From the NCBI GenBank assembly GCA_012521315.1, contig JAAYMP010000033.1, positions 1 to 45,448 of the forward strand: a stretch of 45,448 nucleotides of DNA, given 5' to 3'. Position 1 is the first letter of the stretch, and every line of letters begins with the position of its first letter. This stretch comes from Bacillota bacterium. GTDB lineage: Bacteria > Bacillota > UBA4882 > UBA10575. The translations under genes were made by a program, and so were the position numbers. Below the pieces are notes generated by a model. It was given only the letters and a program-made list of their open reading frames with translations, searched no databases and was not told where the DNA came from. Shown one piece after another: positions 27,671 to 35,886 of this stretch.

Positions 27671-28453
27671 TTACTCACCGAAGTACTTTCGGTAAATCTC
27701 ATCATAGGTCCCGTTGGCCTTGAGGGTCACCAAAGCTTGGTTAATCTTAGCCAACAGTTCGGTGTCGCTTTTCCGCAGGGCCAAACCATATTCTTCGGTC
27801 GTAAAAGCTTCACCAATGATCTGGTACTGTCCGGGGTTGGCTTTGATCTGCGCGCCGGCCACCGGCAAATCCATCACCACGGCGTCGGCGGCCCCGTTCT
27901 TCAGTTCCAGGAACGGGTCGGTCGCATGGTTGAAGCGTTTAATCGACGCGATTTTAATCCCCTTCTCCTGCATCTCGGTGGCTGCCAAGTCCCCGGTGGT
28001 GTTGATCTGCACGGCCACCCGTTTTCCGGCCAAATCCTCGGGCCCTTTAATTCGGTTATCACCCGCGCGGGTTACAATGACCAGACCGGCATTGATATAC
28101 GGGTCGGAGAAGTTGACCACTTGTTGCCGTTCCTCCGTGATCGTCATTCCGGAAGCAATCACATCATAGTTCCCGGCCAGCAGCCCGGGGATGATCCCAT
28201 CCCAGGACACATTCTTGATTACCACTTCCATTCCCAATTCGGCCCCGATTGCCCGCATGAGATCCAAGTCAAACCCGGTCAATTCTCCGGTTTCTTCGTC
28301 CAGATACTCAAAGGGCGGAAAGGCAGCATCACAACCGACCACCAGCACATTACGATCGGTTTTGGTTGCCGCCTGCATTACGGGCCCGAAGACAAAGACG
28401 ACAACCAGGGCGACGACAATAAGTAGACCGTACAACAATGTTTTCTTTTTCAT
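27671..28453 (-). CDS. basic/polar amino-acid ABC transporter substrate-binding protein
   Basis: DAAFPPFE, GFDLDL, SGMTITEER, VQINTTG; N-terminal signal/anchor. Confidence 0.93.
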   Translation of the reverse strand: MKKKTLLYGLLIVVALVVVFVFGPVMQAATKTDRNVLVVGCDAAFPPFEYLDEETGELTGFDLDLMRAIGAELGMEVVIKNVSWDGIIPGLLAGNYDVIASGMTITEERQQVVNFSDPYINAGLVIVTRAGDNRIKGPEDLAGKRVAVQINTTGDLAATEMQEKGIKIASIKRFNHATDPFLELKNGAADAVVMDLPVAGAQIKANPGQYQIIGEAFTTEEYGLALRKSDTELLAKINQALVTLKANGTYDEIYRKYFGE

Positions 28454-28517
28454 TTGGTTACCCTCCACTCTTTTTGGAAATCCCTTGCTAATAGTGTGAT
28501 CACATTCAACTTAATTG

Positions 28518-28555
28518 TATTGATAATTATAACCCATGATTTATATTTATGCAAG
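28518..28555 (-). promoter_or_regulatory. SigA promoter overlapped by ARG-box-like sites
   Basis: TTGCAT-N17-TATAAT (28554-28526); cTTGCATAAATATAAATc resembles an ARG box, with a weaker second box 2 nt downstream. Confidence 0.7.
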
Positions 28556-28620
28556 CCGTTTTCCGCAATCCACCCCGTTGTGGCAAAGGTTTACTTCGAT
28601 GCAACAAAGCGTATAAAGCA

Positions 28621-28649
28621 AAGGAAACGGATGCCGCCATCCGTTTCCT
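28621..28649 (-). terminator. stem-loop terminator after yaaT
   Basis: AGGAAACGGATG-CCGC-CATCCGTTTCCT. Confidence 0.75.
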
Positions 28650-28671
28650 CCTTCTTACCCAGCACCATCGC

Positions 28672-29616
28672 TTAAAAATTAACCTCGCCCAGGGGGACCT
28701 CAAAGGGCTCCCCGTCGGGTAACTGAATGACCAGTGTTTCCTTTAACATATTGATCTGGACGACCGTCGCTTCTTTCTCCTGGTATTCCACCTTGCTGCC
28801 GACGGCCGGCAACAGCTGGCTGCTCTCCCGGTAAGCATCGGATTCAAACTTAAGGCAACACATTAAACGGCCGCAGATCCCCGAGATCTTCGTCGGGTTA
28901 AGCGACAGGTTCTGCTCCTTGGCCATTTTGATCGAGACCGGATCAAACTCCCCTAAAAACGTCGCACAACAAAGGGACCGTCCGCAAGGGCCCAAGCCTC
29001 CGATCATCTTCGCCTCGTCCCGCACCCCAATCTGGCGGAGCTCAATCCGTGTCCGGAAAACCGAAGCCAGGTCCTTAACCAGTTCCCGGAAATCGACCCG
29101 GCCGTCCGCCGTAAAATAGAAGATTACTTTATTCCGGTCAAAGGTATATTCCACATCAATCAGCTTCATCTCAAGCCCGTGCTGTTTAATCTTCTCTAGA
29201 CAGATCCGGAAGGCGTCGGCTTCCTTGTTTTTATTCTCAAGGTACTGCGCCTTGTCCTTCTCGGTGGCGACCCGGATCACCTTTTTCAACGGCGGCGTAA
29301 TCTCGGGGCTCGGAACCGCCTTCGGCCCGATCTTGACCGCGCCGTACTCTAAACCCCGCGCCGTTTCCACGATCACTTCCTGGTCAGGCTTTAAATCCAA
29401 ATTGTTTGGGTCAAAATAGTAGATTTTACCGGCCCGTTTAAACCGGACCCCAACGACTGTATATGCTTCCGCCGGAGAATTCTCGGTCGCCTGTTTTCCG
29501 TCGGCGGTCACTTGTTCTGCGTTTTCCGTCCCCGGTTTTGCCGTTTCCGGCACCTGATTTAGCTCTTCCGTCGTCGTCTGTTTGGCTTCATTTGCCGTCT
29601 GTTTGACTTCTTCCAT
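28672..29616 (-). CDS. yaaT: PSP1-domain protein YaaT/RicT with a low-complexity N-terminal extension
   Basis: VGVRFKRAGKIYYF, RVDFRELVKDLA, RIELRQIGVRDEA, CGRSLCC, CGRLMCCL. Confidence 0.93.
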   Translation of the reverse strand: MEEVKQTANEAKQTTTEELNQVPETAKPGTENAEQVTADGKQATENSPAEAYTVVGVRFKRAGKIYYFDPNNLDLKPDQEVIVETARGLEYGAVKIGPKAVPSPEITPPLKKVIRVATEKDKAQYLENKNKEADAFRICLEKIKQHGLEMKLIDVEYTFDRNKVIFYFTADGRVDFRELVKDLASVFRTRIELRQIGVRDEAKMIGGLGPCGRSLCCATFLGEFDPVSIKMAKEQNLSLNPTKISGICGRLMCCLKFESDAYRESSQLLPAVGSKVEYQEKEATVVQINMLKETLVIQLPDGEPFEVPLGEVNF

Positions 29617-29662
29617 TCTGTTCCCTCCTTCCCGGCTTAAATGCACCGGCTAAATAGCCCCG

Positions 29663-30508
29663 TTAGTCCCGCGGACCTGCTCCCAACTCTTCGTAGATCG
29701 TAAGAAACAAGTCCTCCAGTAAAAGGCGGAGGTTAAGGTTGGCCGCCGTATACGCCCGGGCCTGCTGAACAGCGGCGTTGACCCGGATTAAACCTGCGGC
29801 ATCCTGCCCCGCCCCGGCCGCCGCCAGTAAAGCGGTGCGGAAGTGGGTCTGCAGCTCTTGTAAATACAGATCCACCTGGTTCCGGTCGTTACCGCTTAAC
29901 TGTTCCGCCCACCGCAAGAGCGCGCCTAAATCGGAGACGGGAAGGTCCGTCCCACTTGCCATGGAGGAACCGCTCTCCGGACCAACCCCGCCCAGCTGCA
30001 CCCGTTGCATCCGGGAACGGATCGTGGGCAGGATGCCCCGTTCATCCTCGGCCAGCGCGAGAAAATAAACCGCGGGCGGCGGCTCCTCCAGTGTTTTCAA
30101 GAAGGCGTTCGCCGCCACTTCGGTCAAGGCTTCGAACTTCTGAAAATAATAAACTTTGCCTGCGGAAAGATAGGGATTGAGGAGCGCATCGTAGCATATT
30201 TGCCGTATCTCTTCCAGCTTGATCTTCCCGTCCTCGGGGACCACCACCCGGAAATCCGGGTGGCTGCCCTGCGCCATAAACCGGCAGGCGCGACAACGGC
30301 CACACGGTTTCGCCGCTTTCGCTTCACAAAGCAGGGTTTGGGCAAGACGCCGGATTCCCTCTTCATTTTCCCGGTTCAGCGGCCCCAGGAACAGGTAGGC
30401 ATGGCTGGCCTTCCCACTGGCAAAGATCCTTTGCAGTTCGGCAAACCGCCGGTTGGCTAATCCTTCGGCCACAATCCATTCTCCTTGGTTTTCGCTGCAT
30501 GTCCTCAC
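29663..30508 (-). CDS. holB: DNA polymerase III delta' subunit
   Basis: HAYLF.GP, Zn finger C..PCGRC..C, HPD, ANAFLKTLEEPP, LPTIRSR; start uncertain. Confidence 0.9.
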   Translation of the reverse strand: MRTCSENQGEWIVAEGLANRRFAELQRIFASGKASHAYLFLGPLNRENEEGIRRLAQTLLCEAKAAKPCGRCRACRFMAQGSHPDFRVVVPEDGKIKLEEIRQICYDALLNPYLSAGKVYYFQKFEALTEVAANAFLKTLEEPPPAVYFLALAEDERGILPTIRSRMQRVQLGGVGPESGSSMASGTDLPVSDLGALLRWAEQLSGNDRNQVDLYLQELQTHFRTALLAAAGAGQDAAGLIRVNAAVQQARAYTAANLNLRLLLEDLFLTIYEELGAGPRD

Positions 30509-30525
30509 TGCTAATTATAATTAAT

Positions 30526-30554
30526 ATTGTATCGGAATCCAGTTGGCGATACAA
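30526..30554 (-). promoter_or_regulatory. SigA-like promoter for holB-yaaT that forms an inverted repeat
   Basis: TTGTAT-N17-TACAAT on the minus strand; TTGTATCG-N12-CGATACAA. Confidence 0.55.
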
Positions 30555-30601
30555 CAGAAAAAGCTTGCCGGAAAACGACGACTCAAGCGTAGGGACCAAG
30601 C

Positions 30602-31045
30602 TCAGTAGTACAGATCAATCAATAAACCGCGGATCTCATCAATCTTCGCCAACAGCGTGATCGGCGTGGCGTTTTTCTCTAAAACCTCCGTTGTCAACTC
30701 CTCCAGCGCCTGGTTGATCTTTTGCACCACACAAAACACCCGGCGGTTACCCCGCCGGTCCCAGCGGCTCTCCCCTTTCATCTGGTAGCTGCCGCTGATT
30801 GCCTTCTTCATAAAGTCACGCACCGCCGCCCGGTAAGAGCGGAGGGTGGCCACACTCGGCTGGTTTAACAGTTTTTTTGCGGCTTCATCGACCCGGGTTA
30901 AAAGCTGATCCCAACCGGCCGCCTCCTGTTCCCCGGCGGTCTTCAGAATCTGCTTAAAGGCCACTTTGCCCTCGTGCTCCGGGATAACTTCACCCCGCTC
31001 GTTCAAGGGGGGAGACGATTCGGTTCCGACTCCTTTAATCCGCAT
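30602..31045 (-). CDS. yaaR: YaaR/DUF327-family protein
   Basis: YRAAVRDF..., C-terminal IDEIRGLLIDLY; synteny. Confidence 0.88.
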   Translation of the reverse strand: MRIKGVGTESSPPLNERGEVIPEHEGKVAFKQILKTAGEQEAAGWDQLLTRVDEAAKKLLNQPSVATLRSYRAAVRDFMKKAISGSYQMKGESRWDRRGNRRVFCVVQKINQALEELTTEVLEKNATPITLLAKIDEIRGLLIDLYY

Positions 31046-31057
31046 TCCTCTTCACTC

Positions 31058-31387
31058 CTAAAACTTTTCAAAGGACTCAACCTTCAGGGTGAATACGGTC
31101 GCCCCGCCGACTTCAACTTCGACCGGGATCGGAATATAGGTGTTCAAGGTCTGGTCAACCGCCGTCATCGGGCTGACCAACCCCTTCCTGGTCCGGCAGA
31201 TCCCTTTGATAATCGCGTTAACCTCTGTGGCCTGTTCTTCTTGGATGCCAATTAATAATGTAGTATTCCCTTGGCGGAGGAACCCGCCGGTACTGGCCAG
31301 TTTCGTCGCACGGTAACCTTTCTCCAGCAAAGCGGGGAGTAGGCGGTTGACGTCCTGATCCTGCACAACAGCGATGAGCAATAACAT
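31058..31387 (-). CDS. darA: c-di-AMP receptor, PII-like (DarA/PstA)
   Basis: IAVVQDQD, TKLASTGGFLRQGNTT, VGGATVF. Confidence 0.95.
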   Translation of the reverse strand: MLLLIAVVQDQDVNRLLPALLEKGYRATKLASTGGFLRQGNTTLLIGIQEEQATEVNAIIKGICRTRKGLVSPMTAVDQTLNTYIPIPVEVEVGGATVFTLKVESFEKF

Positions 31388-32056
31388 TTAGGACCCTCCT
31401 TTCCCTTCCTTTCCCACCGGGATCCAGGGGAACTTTTCCCTAAAGCACACCCAGATCAGTTGATGAAGTTCCTCTTTGGTCCGGGCGGAACCGTCGAGCA
31501 CACAGAACCGTTCAGCCTCGGCGGCGGCCAGCCGTAAATAGCCCTGGCGGACTTTCTCTTGAAAAGCGAAGCCTTTGGCTTCAATCCGGTCCGTTCCTTT
31601 GGTCTTGTTCCGTTCTTGCACCCGGGCCCAGCACAGTTCAGGCTTGAGGTCAAGGAAAAAGGTGAGGTCGGGCACCAATCCGCCGGTGGCAAAAAGGTTC
31701 AACTTGCGAATCGGCTCCGGATCGTGGCCGGCGGCAAACCCCTGGTAAGCCAAGGTGGAGTCGGTAAACCGCTCGCAGATGACCACCGCGCCCCTGGTGA
31801 GCCCCGGACGGATCACTTGGCAAACATGTTGCGCCCGGGCTGCCGCGTAAAGGAGTACTTCGGCCTCCGCGGCCAGGTCTTCCTCGGCAAAAAGGAGGAG
31901 TTCGCGGATCTTTTCCGCCAGCACGGTTCCCCCCGGCTCCCGGGTGATGAGCGTGGGGATCCCCTCCGCCCGAAGGCGGGCCGCCAGCAGCTGCGCCTGC
32001 GTCGACTTTCCGGACCCGTCGATCCCCTCAAAAGTAATAAAAATCCCCTGTTTCAT
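31388..32056 (-). CDS. tmk: thymidylate kinase
   Basis: FEGIDGSGKSTQ, TREPGG, ERFTDSTLAYQG, PDLT. Confidence 0.96.
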   Translation of the reverse strand: MKQGIFITFEGIDGSGKSTQAQLLAARLRAEGIPTLITREPGGTVLAEKIRELLLFAEEDLAAEAEVLLYAAARAQHVCQVIRPGLTRGAVVICERFTDSTLAYQGFAAGHDPEPIRKLNLFATGGLVPDLTFFLDLKPELCWARVQERNKTKGTDRIEAKGFAFQEKVRQGYLRLAAAEAERFCVLDGSARTKEELHQLIWVCFREKFPWIPVGKEGKGGS

Positions 32057-32158
32057 GCTTACTCCTTGCTTGGTCCCTGAATTTCCCCGCCCAACGGGCC
32101 GTTTCTCTTATTTTTTCGACAAAAAGATCCTGCCTCCTTTTTTCCGGCCGGAGGGAAT

Positions 32159-32188
32159 AAAAAAACCTGGTCCTGCTGAAAACCAGGT
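32159..32188 (-). terminator. terminator after gin
   Basis: ACCTGGT/ACCAGGT stem plus a T-run on the minus strand. Confidence 0.65.
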
Positions 32189-32191
32189 CGC

Positions 32192-32377
32192 TTAGCTTCC
32201 TTTCAACCATTTCTGCCAGAGGGTGCGAAAACCGGCCAACCACTGGGGGTAATCTTCATCGGCCACGTTTAACTTGGCCAGTCGCTTTTCGCAGGCCGGG
32301 CAGATTACCTCCCCGTGGATCCGGAGTCCGCCACAGGTTAATTGACCGCAAAACGAGCAGGAAACCTTATCGTCCAT
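32192..32377 (-). CDS. csfB: sigma-G inhibitor Gin (CsfB)
   Basis: CSFC...GLRI.G..IC..CE..L......DY; located between bofA and tmk; a SigF-type -10 GGGAATATTA lies upstream. Confidence 0.88.
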   Translation of the reverse strand: MDDKVSCSFCGQLTCGGLRIHGEVICPACEKRLAKLNVADEDYPQWLAGFRTLWQKWLKGS

Positions 32378-32437
32378 TTGCGCAACACCCCACGGGAGTA
32401 TAATATTCCCGGATTCGCCATTGGGTGCCTTTTTCCT

Positions 32438-32698
32438 CTACAACCAGGTCTTCAAAAAACATAAGGAGATTAAGCCGGGCAGGCCCAAAAAGCCACAGTA
32501 AAAGATGGTATAAAGGTTCAAAGGTAAATAGTACCCAGTAAAACGGGTTAAAAGGTTGAAGGCAAAAAGGAGGAGAAAACCGCTTCCGCCTTTAAACAGA
32601 AGCTCCAGACCGAACTGGAGCGGCGAAGAGAGGTACTTTCCCCCAAAAGCAACCAACAGCAACAGGAGAAAATAAACCAGCAAAACTTCGAACGACAC
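32438..32698 (-). CDS. bofA: pro-sigmaK processing inhibitor BofA family
   Basis: LPLNLYT....GFLGLPG motif; downstream of yaaL. Confidence 0.8.
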   Translation of the reverse strand: MSFEVLLVYFLLLLLVAFGGKYLSSPLQFGLELLFKGGSGFLLLFAFNLLTRFTGYYLPLNLYTIFYCGFLGLPGLISLCFLKTWL

Positions 32699-33007
32699 TC
32701 AAACCTCCTCCCCCAAAAAAAACCCTTTCCCTTCCACCAAAAACTTTTCCTGAAAACACCGCTCCTCCCGGGCTTTTTTCAGTAAGTAGACATAGCGTTT
32801 CTCGGCCGCGTTCAAGGTGTAAATGGCGTGATCGACCAATTCCGGATCGGTGACGGTATTAAAATAAACCCGTGCCTCCTGCCAGTCCCTTTTGGCCTCC
32901 TCGACCAGCCGCCAATATCTTTCCTCCGCCCGTTTTTTCTGGTAGTCTTCCGCCTTTAGAAGCTGGTTCAATAGATGGTTGATGAAATCCTTCTTCTCGG
33001 CAAACAT
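32699..33007 (-). CDS. yaaL: YaaL/DUF2508-family protein
   Basis: EAKRDW..A...F..VTDPELVDHAIY.L.AAEKRY.YLLKKA; ATG at 33007 follows a GGGGGAGG RBS. Confidence 0.88.
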   Translation of the reverse strand: MFAEKKDFINHLLNQLLKAEDYQKKRAEERYWRLVEEAKRDWQEARVYFNTVTDPELVDHAIYTLNAAEKRYVYLLKKAREERCFQEKFLVEGKGFFLGEEV

Positions 33008-33076
33008 GGCGTTCCCTCCCCCTTTAGTATTGAGCGGGGAGGAAAAAACTATACCCAAATTCAGGTTATCCTGAGA

Positions 33077-34033
33077 TTATTTCTCATTTTTCCCTGGTTT
33101 ATTATTATCATCAAGGGCCGTGCCTTTCAGCCAAAAGCCGGTAATCACCGGCCGACGCTTGAGGACCCCGCCGAGGACAAGCACCAAACCGGCCGCGCCC
33201 AAATAGCCCCAAGGAATGCCTTTCTTCCGGTTGACGGGGTAGATCACCGGCATCCCTTCTTTCCCCGGTTGCAACTGTCTTTCCTGGGCATATTTCCCCC
33301 TTTCCGGCGCCAGCAGGTCAAGAATCCGGGGTGCTGCCGCGTGCGCGGCCCCCCCAAAGTGCCAGTCGCCGGGTTCTGACCGGATCTCCCGGAGAAAACC
33401 GGGGCCAAACCCATCATAAGCACCGACCAGCACATAGTAGCGCCAGCTTTTCTGCGGCTGGCCCACCACCGCCACGGGGGCCATTAAGCGGATGATCTTC
33501 TGGTCCGGCAGGTAGATGGCGGTCAGGTCGGTTTCGACCAAAGTTTGATTTCCGGACAGATAAACCAACCGGCTACTTTCCCAGCCCACGCCCACCAGGG
33601 CAAACTCCCAACCGTACTGCGGGGCCAGCTTGACCCCGAGCGCCTCACTTAACGGGGCGGTTCTCCCGCCGGGCCTTGTGTCGAGGTAAATATGGATCAC
33701 GGGATGGATAAAACCCTCCGGTGCGTTCCAGGGGTTGGTCACCTCTTTAATCCGGAGATCAAAGAACAACTGCTGGCCGTCGCCGGCCACGCGGAACCAT
33801 AACAGGTCGTAAAGGCCTTCGTACGGTCGGAAGGCCAGATTGCGGGGGTATATATAACTCCCCGGCCCGTAGTCATCCCCCGCCGGATCAACCGCCTCAA
33901 AATAAACTTCGGCCGGGCGCGCCGCGCCGGGCTCCACCTGACCTTGTACCGGAGCGCAGAACAGACAGAGACCAAGAAAAAAAAGAAGATACTTCCACAT
34001 TGTCCTCACCATCCTTATCCTCAAATTATGCAT
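33077..34033 (-). CDS. exported glucodextranase DOMON-like (Glucodextran_C-type) domain protein with a C-terminal TM
   Basis: Signal peptide; DPAGDDYGPGSYIYP, NPWNAPEGF...IHIYLD, GAYDGFG, PRILDLL; C-terminal hydrophobic helix followed by KRR. Start uncertain. Confidence 0.75.
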   Translation of the reverse strand: MHNLRIRMVRTMWKYLLFFLGLCLFCAPVQGQVEPGAARPAEVYFEAVDPAGDDYGPGSYIYPRNLAFRPYEGLYDLLWFRVAGDGQQLFFDLRIKEVTNPWNAPEGFIHPVIHIYLDTRPGGRTAPLSEALGVKLAPQYGWEFALVGVGWESSRLVYLSGNQTLVETDLTAIYLPDQKIIRLMAPVAVVGQPQKSWRYYVLVGAYDGFGPGFLREIRSEPGDWHFGGAAHAAAPRILDLLAPERGKYAQERQLQPGKEGMPVIYPVNRKKGIPWGYLGAAGLVLVLGGVLKRRPVITGFWLKGTALDDNNKPGKNEK

Positions 34034-34093
34034 AGCTCCGGTAAACTATTCCTCTTTTGCCCCGCCCGTCCCGGCGCTTTCTTTGGGTTGTTG

Positions 34094-34123
34094 GTTTAAG
34101 AAAATCTTTTCCTTGGCACACTA
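34094..34123 (+). promoter_or_regulatory. SigF/SigG-like promoter of the MFS gene
   Basis: GTTTA-N18-CACACTA. Confidence 0.4.
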
Positions 34124-34162
34124 AGATTGTTATGCCGCCCCCGGTAAAAAGGAGGATCCAAG

Positions 34163-35407
34163 ATGGATGCAAAGGTCAAGCCAACCATCGGGGTTTTAAC
34201 TGCCGTCCCGTTTATTATGGTTTTGGGTAATTCAATGTTAATTCCGGTGCTCCCCGCCATCCAAAAAGCGCTCGACGTTTCCCTCCTGCAAGTCGGTCTC
34301 TTGATCACCGCTTTCTCGATCCCGGCCGGGCTGACGATTCCCTTCGCGGGAATGCTCTCCGACCACGTCGGGCGGAAGATTGTGATGGTCCCCGCCCTCA
34401 TTGTCTACGGGGCGGGCGGCCTGCTCGCCGGCTTCGCCGCTTTGCTCTTCAAAGAAAACGCCTATCCTTACATTTTGGGTTCCCGGATCATCCAGGGCAT
34501 TGGGGCCGGGGGCACTTACCAACTGGCCATGGCCTTGTCGGGCGATCTGATCCAAGACCGCGAACGGGCGCAAGCGCTGGGCCTTTTGGAAGCCGCCAAT
34601 GGACTGGGTAAGGTCGTCAGTCCGCTGGCGGGGGCGGCCATTGCCTTAATCGCTTGGTACATGCCGTTCTTTGCCTATGGGATCCTGGCCTTGCCGATTG
34701 CCCTCGCCATCCTGTTCGTTGCCAAGGAAGGAAGCGCCAAACAAAAGGGGCAACCCCTCGCTTCCTATTTCACCAATCTCCTTCAGATTCTAAAGGACAA
34801 AGGGGTGAACCTGGGGATTGCCTTCCTCTGCGGTCTCATCGTCCTTTTTTCCCTCTTCGGACTGTTAAGTTACTTCTCCGACCAGCTGGAGAAGGCGTTT
34901 CATCTTCAGACCTTTCACCGGGGTTTGGTTATTGCCGTTCCGGTCCTGGCGATGGCGGTCACCTCCTATCTCTTCGGAATTGTCCTTAAAAAGCGGATGG
35001 TAAAGATCATGAAAGGGACCATCCTCGGCGGTCTTGCCCTGGTGGCTTTGGGTTTGTTCTGCTTTCCGCTGGGCAACGGGATCGTCGCCAAAACCATCTT
35101 TGCCACCCTGATCGGTGCGGGGACCGGCATGGCCTTACCCGCCCTGAACACCCTGATTACTTCTTCCGCACCCACCAGTGAGCGGGGGCTGGTTACCTGT
35201 CTGTACGGGACGGTCCGTTTCTTTGGGGTTGCCATCGGGCCGCCCCTCTTCAGCTTTGCCACCAAGTACGGCACGCGGCTCATCTTCTGGAGCGATGTCG
35301 GGTGCGTGGCCGTCATTGCGGCTCTGGCCTTTTTCTTGATCCAGCCCCAACAAATCCTGCCGGAAAACCTCAAAGGAGGTGGTGGACAAAATACAGTTAA
35401 AAAATGA
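34163..35407 (+). CDS. MFS transporter
   Basis: GNSMLIPVLP, GMLSDHVGRK (motif A), RIIQGIGA, ERG...YG.VRF.GVA.GPP. Confidence 0.92.
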   Translation: MDAKVKPTIGVLTAVPFIMVLGNSMLIPVLPAIQKALDVSLLQVGLLITAFSIPAGLTIPFAGMLSDHVGRKIVMVPALIVYGAGGLLAGFAALLFKENAYPYILGSRIIQGIGAGGTYQLAMALSGDLIQDRERAQALGLLEAANGLGKVVSPLAGAAIALIAWYMPFFAYGILALPIALAILFVAKEGSAKQKGQPLASYFTNLLQILKDKGVNLGIAFLCGLIVLFSLFGLLSYFSDQLEKAFHLQTFHRGLVIAVPVLAMAVTSYLFGIVLKKRMVKIMKGTILGGLALVALGLFCFPLGNGIVAKTIFATLIGAGTGMALPALNTLITSSAPTSERGLVTCLYGTVRFFGVAIGPPLFSFATKYGTRLIFWSDVGCVAVIAALAFFLIQPQQILPENLKGGGGQNTVKK

Positions 35408-35465
35408 CTATTTTACCATGGGTTTTTGAAAATAAAGGAATAAATTGGAGAAAGGAGGTTAAATT

Positions 35466-35669
35466 ATGGACCGGTTGGCGCTCATTCTCGTGATCATCGG
35501 TGCCCTCAATTGGCTCCTGGTCGGCTTGTTCCGGTATGACCTGGTCGCCAACTTGTTTGGCGGAACGGATTCCATGGTGAGCCGGATCATCTACACCCTT
35601 GTTGGTCTGGCCGGGCTCTATTGTCTGACCTTGCTCTTTCGCGACCGTGAACAGGTTAAAAACAAATAA
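35466..35669 (+). CDS. DUF378-family small membrane protein
   Basis: LVIIGALNWLLVGLF.YDLVA.LFGG...SRIIY.LVGLAG. Confidence 0.92.
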   Translation: MDRLALILVIIGALNWLLVGLFRYDLVANLFGGTDSMVSRIIYTLVGLAGLYCLTLLFRDREQVKNK

Positions 35670-35681
35670 ACCTGACGTTTT

Positions 35682-35744
35682 GTCGCCCACCTGGCGCGAA
35701 ATAAACACCCTGCACCTGGAAGGGTGTTAGCCAGCGTGGGCGAC
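35682..35744. repeat. nested inverted repeat / long stem-loop
   Basis: GTCGCCCAC/GTGGGCGAC, CTGGC/GCCAG and AACACCCT/AGGGTGTT. Confidence 0.75.
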
Positions 35745-35886
35745 TCCTAAAAAAACGGAAAACAAAACCGGGCCATCCCTTTTTCAGCAGGAACATGATT
35801 CCGAAACAAACAGCCCTTCTGCAACGTCTTCATGTTATAATAATCTTTAGGGCATCATCCGATCTGAGCTCGAGGAGTGATTCGAA

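Noticed and set aside
29480-29616. Repetitive KQT/TE N-terminus of YaaT
   Set aside because: A low-complexity disordered extension with no discrete repeat unit or domain.
29663-30508. holB as a pseudogene (degenerate Walker A, SRM for SRC)
   Set aside because: Delta' is normally ATPase-inactive; the arginine finger and Zn module are intact and the frame is open.
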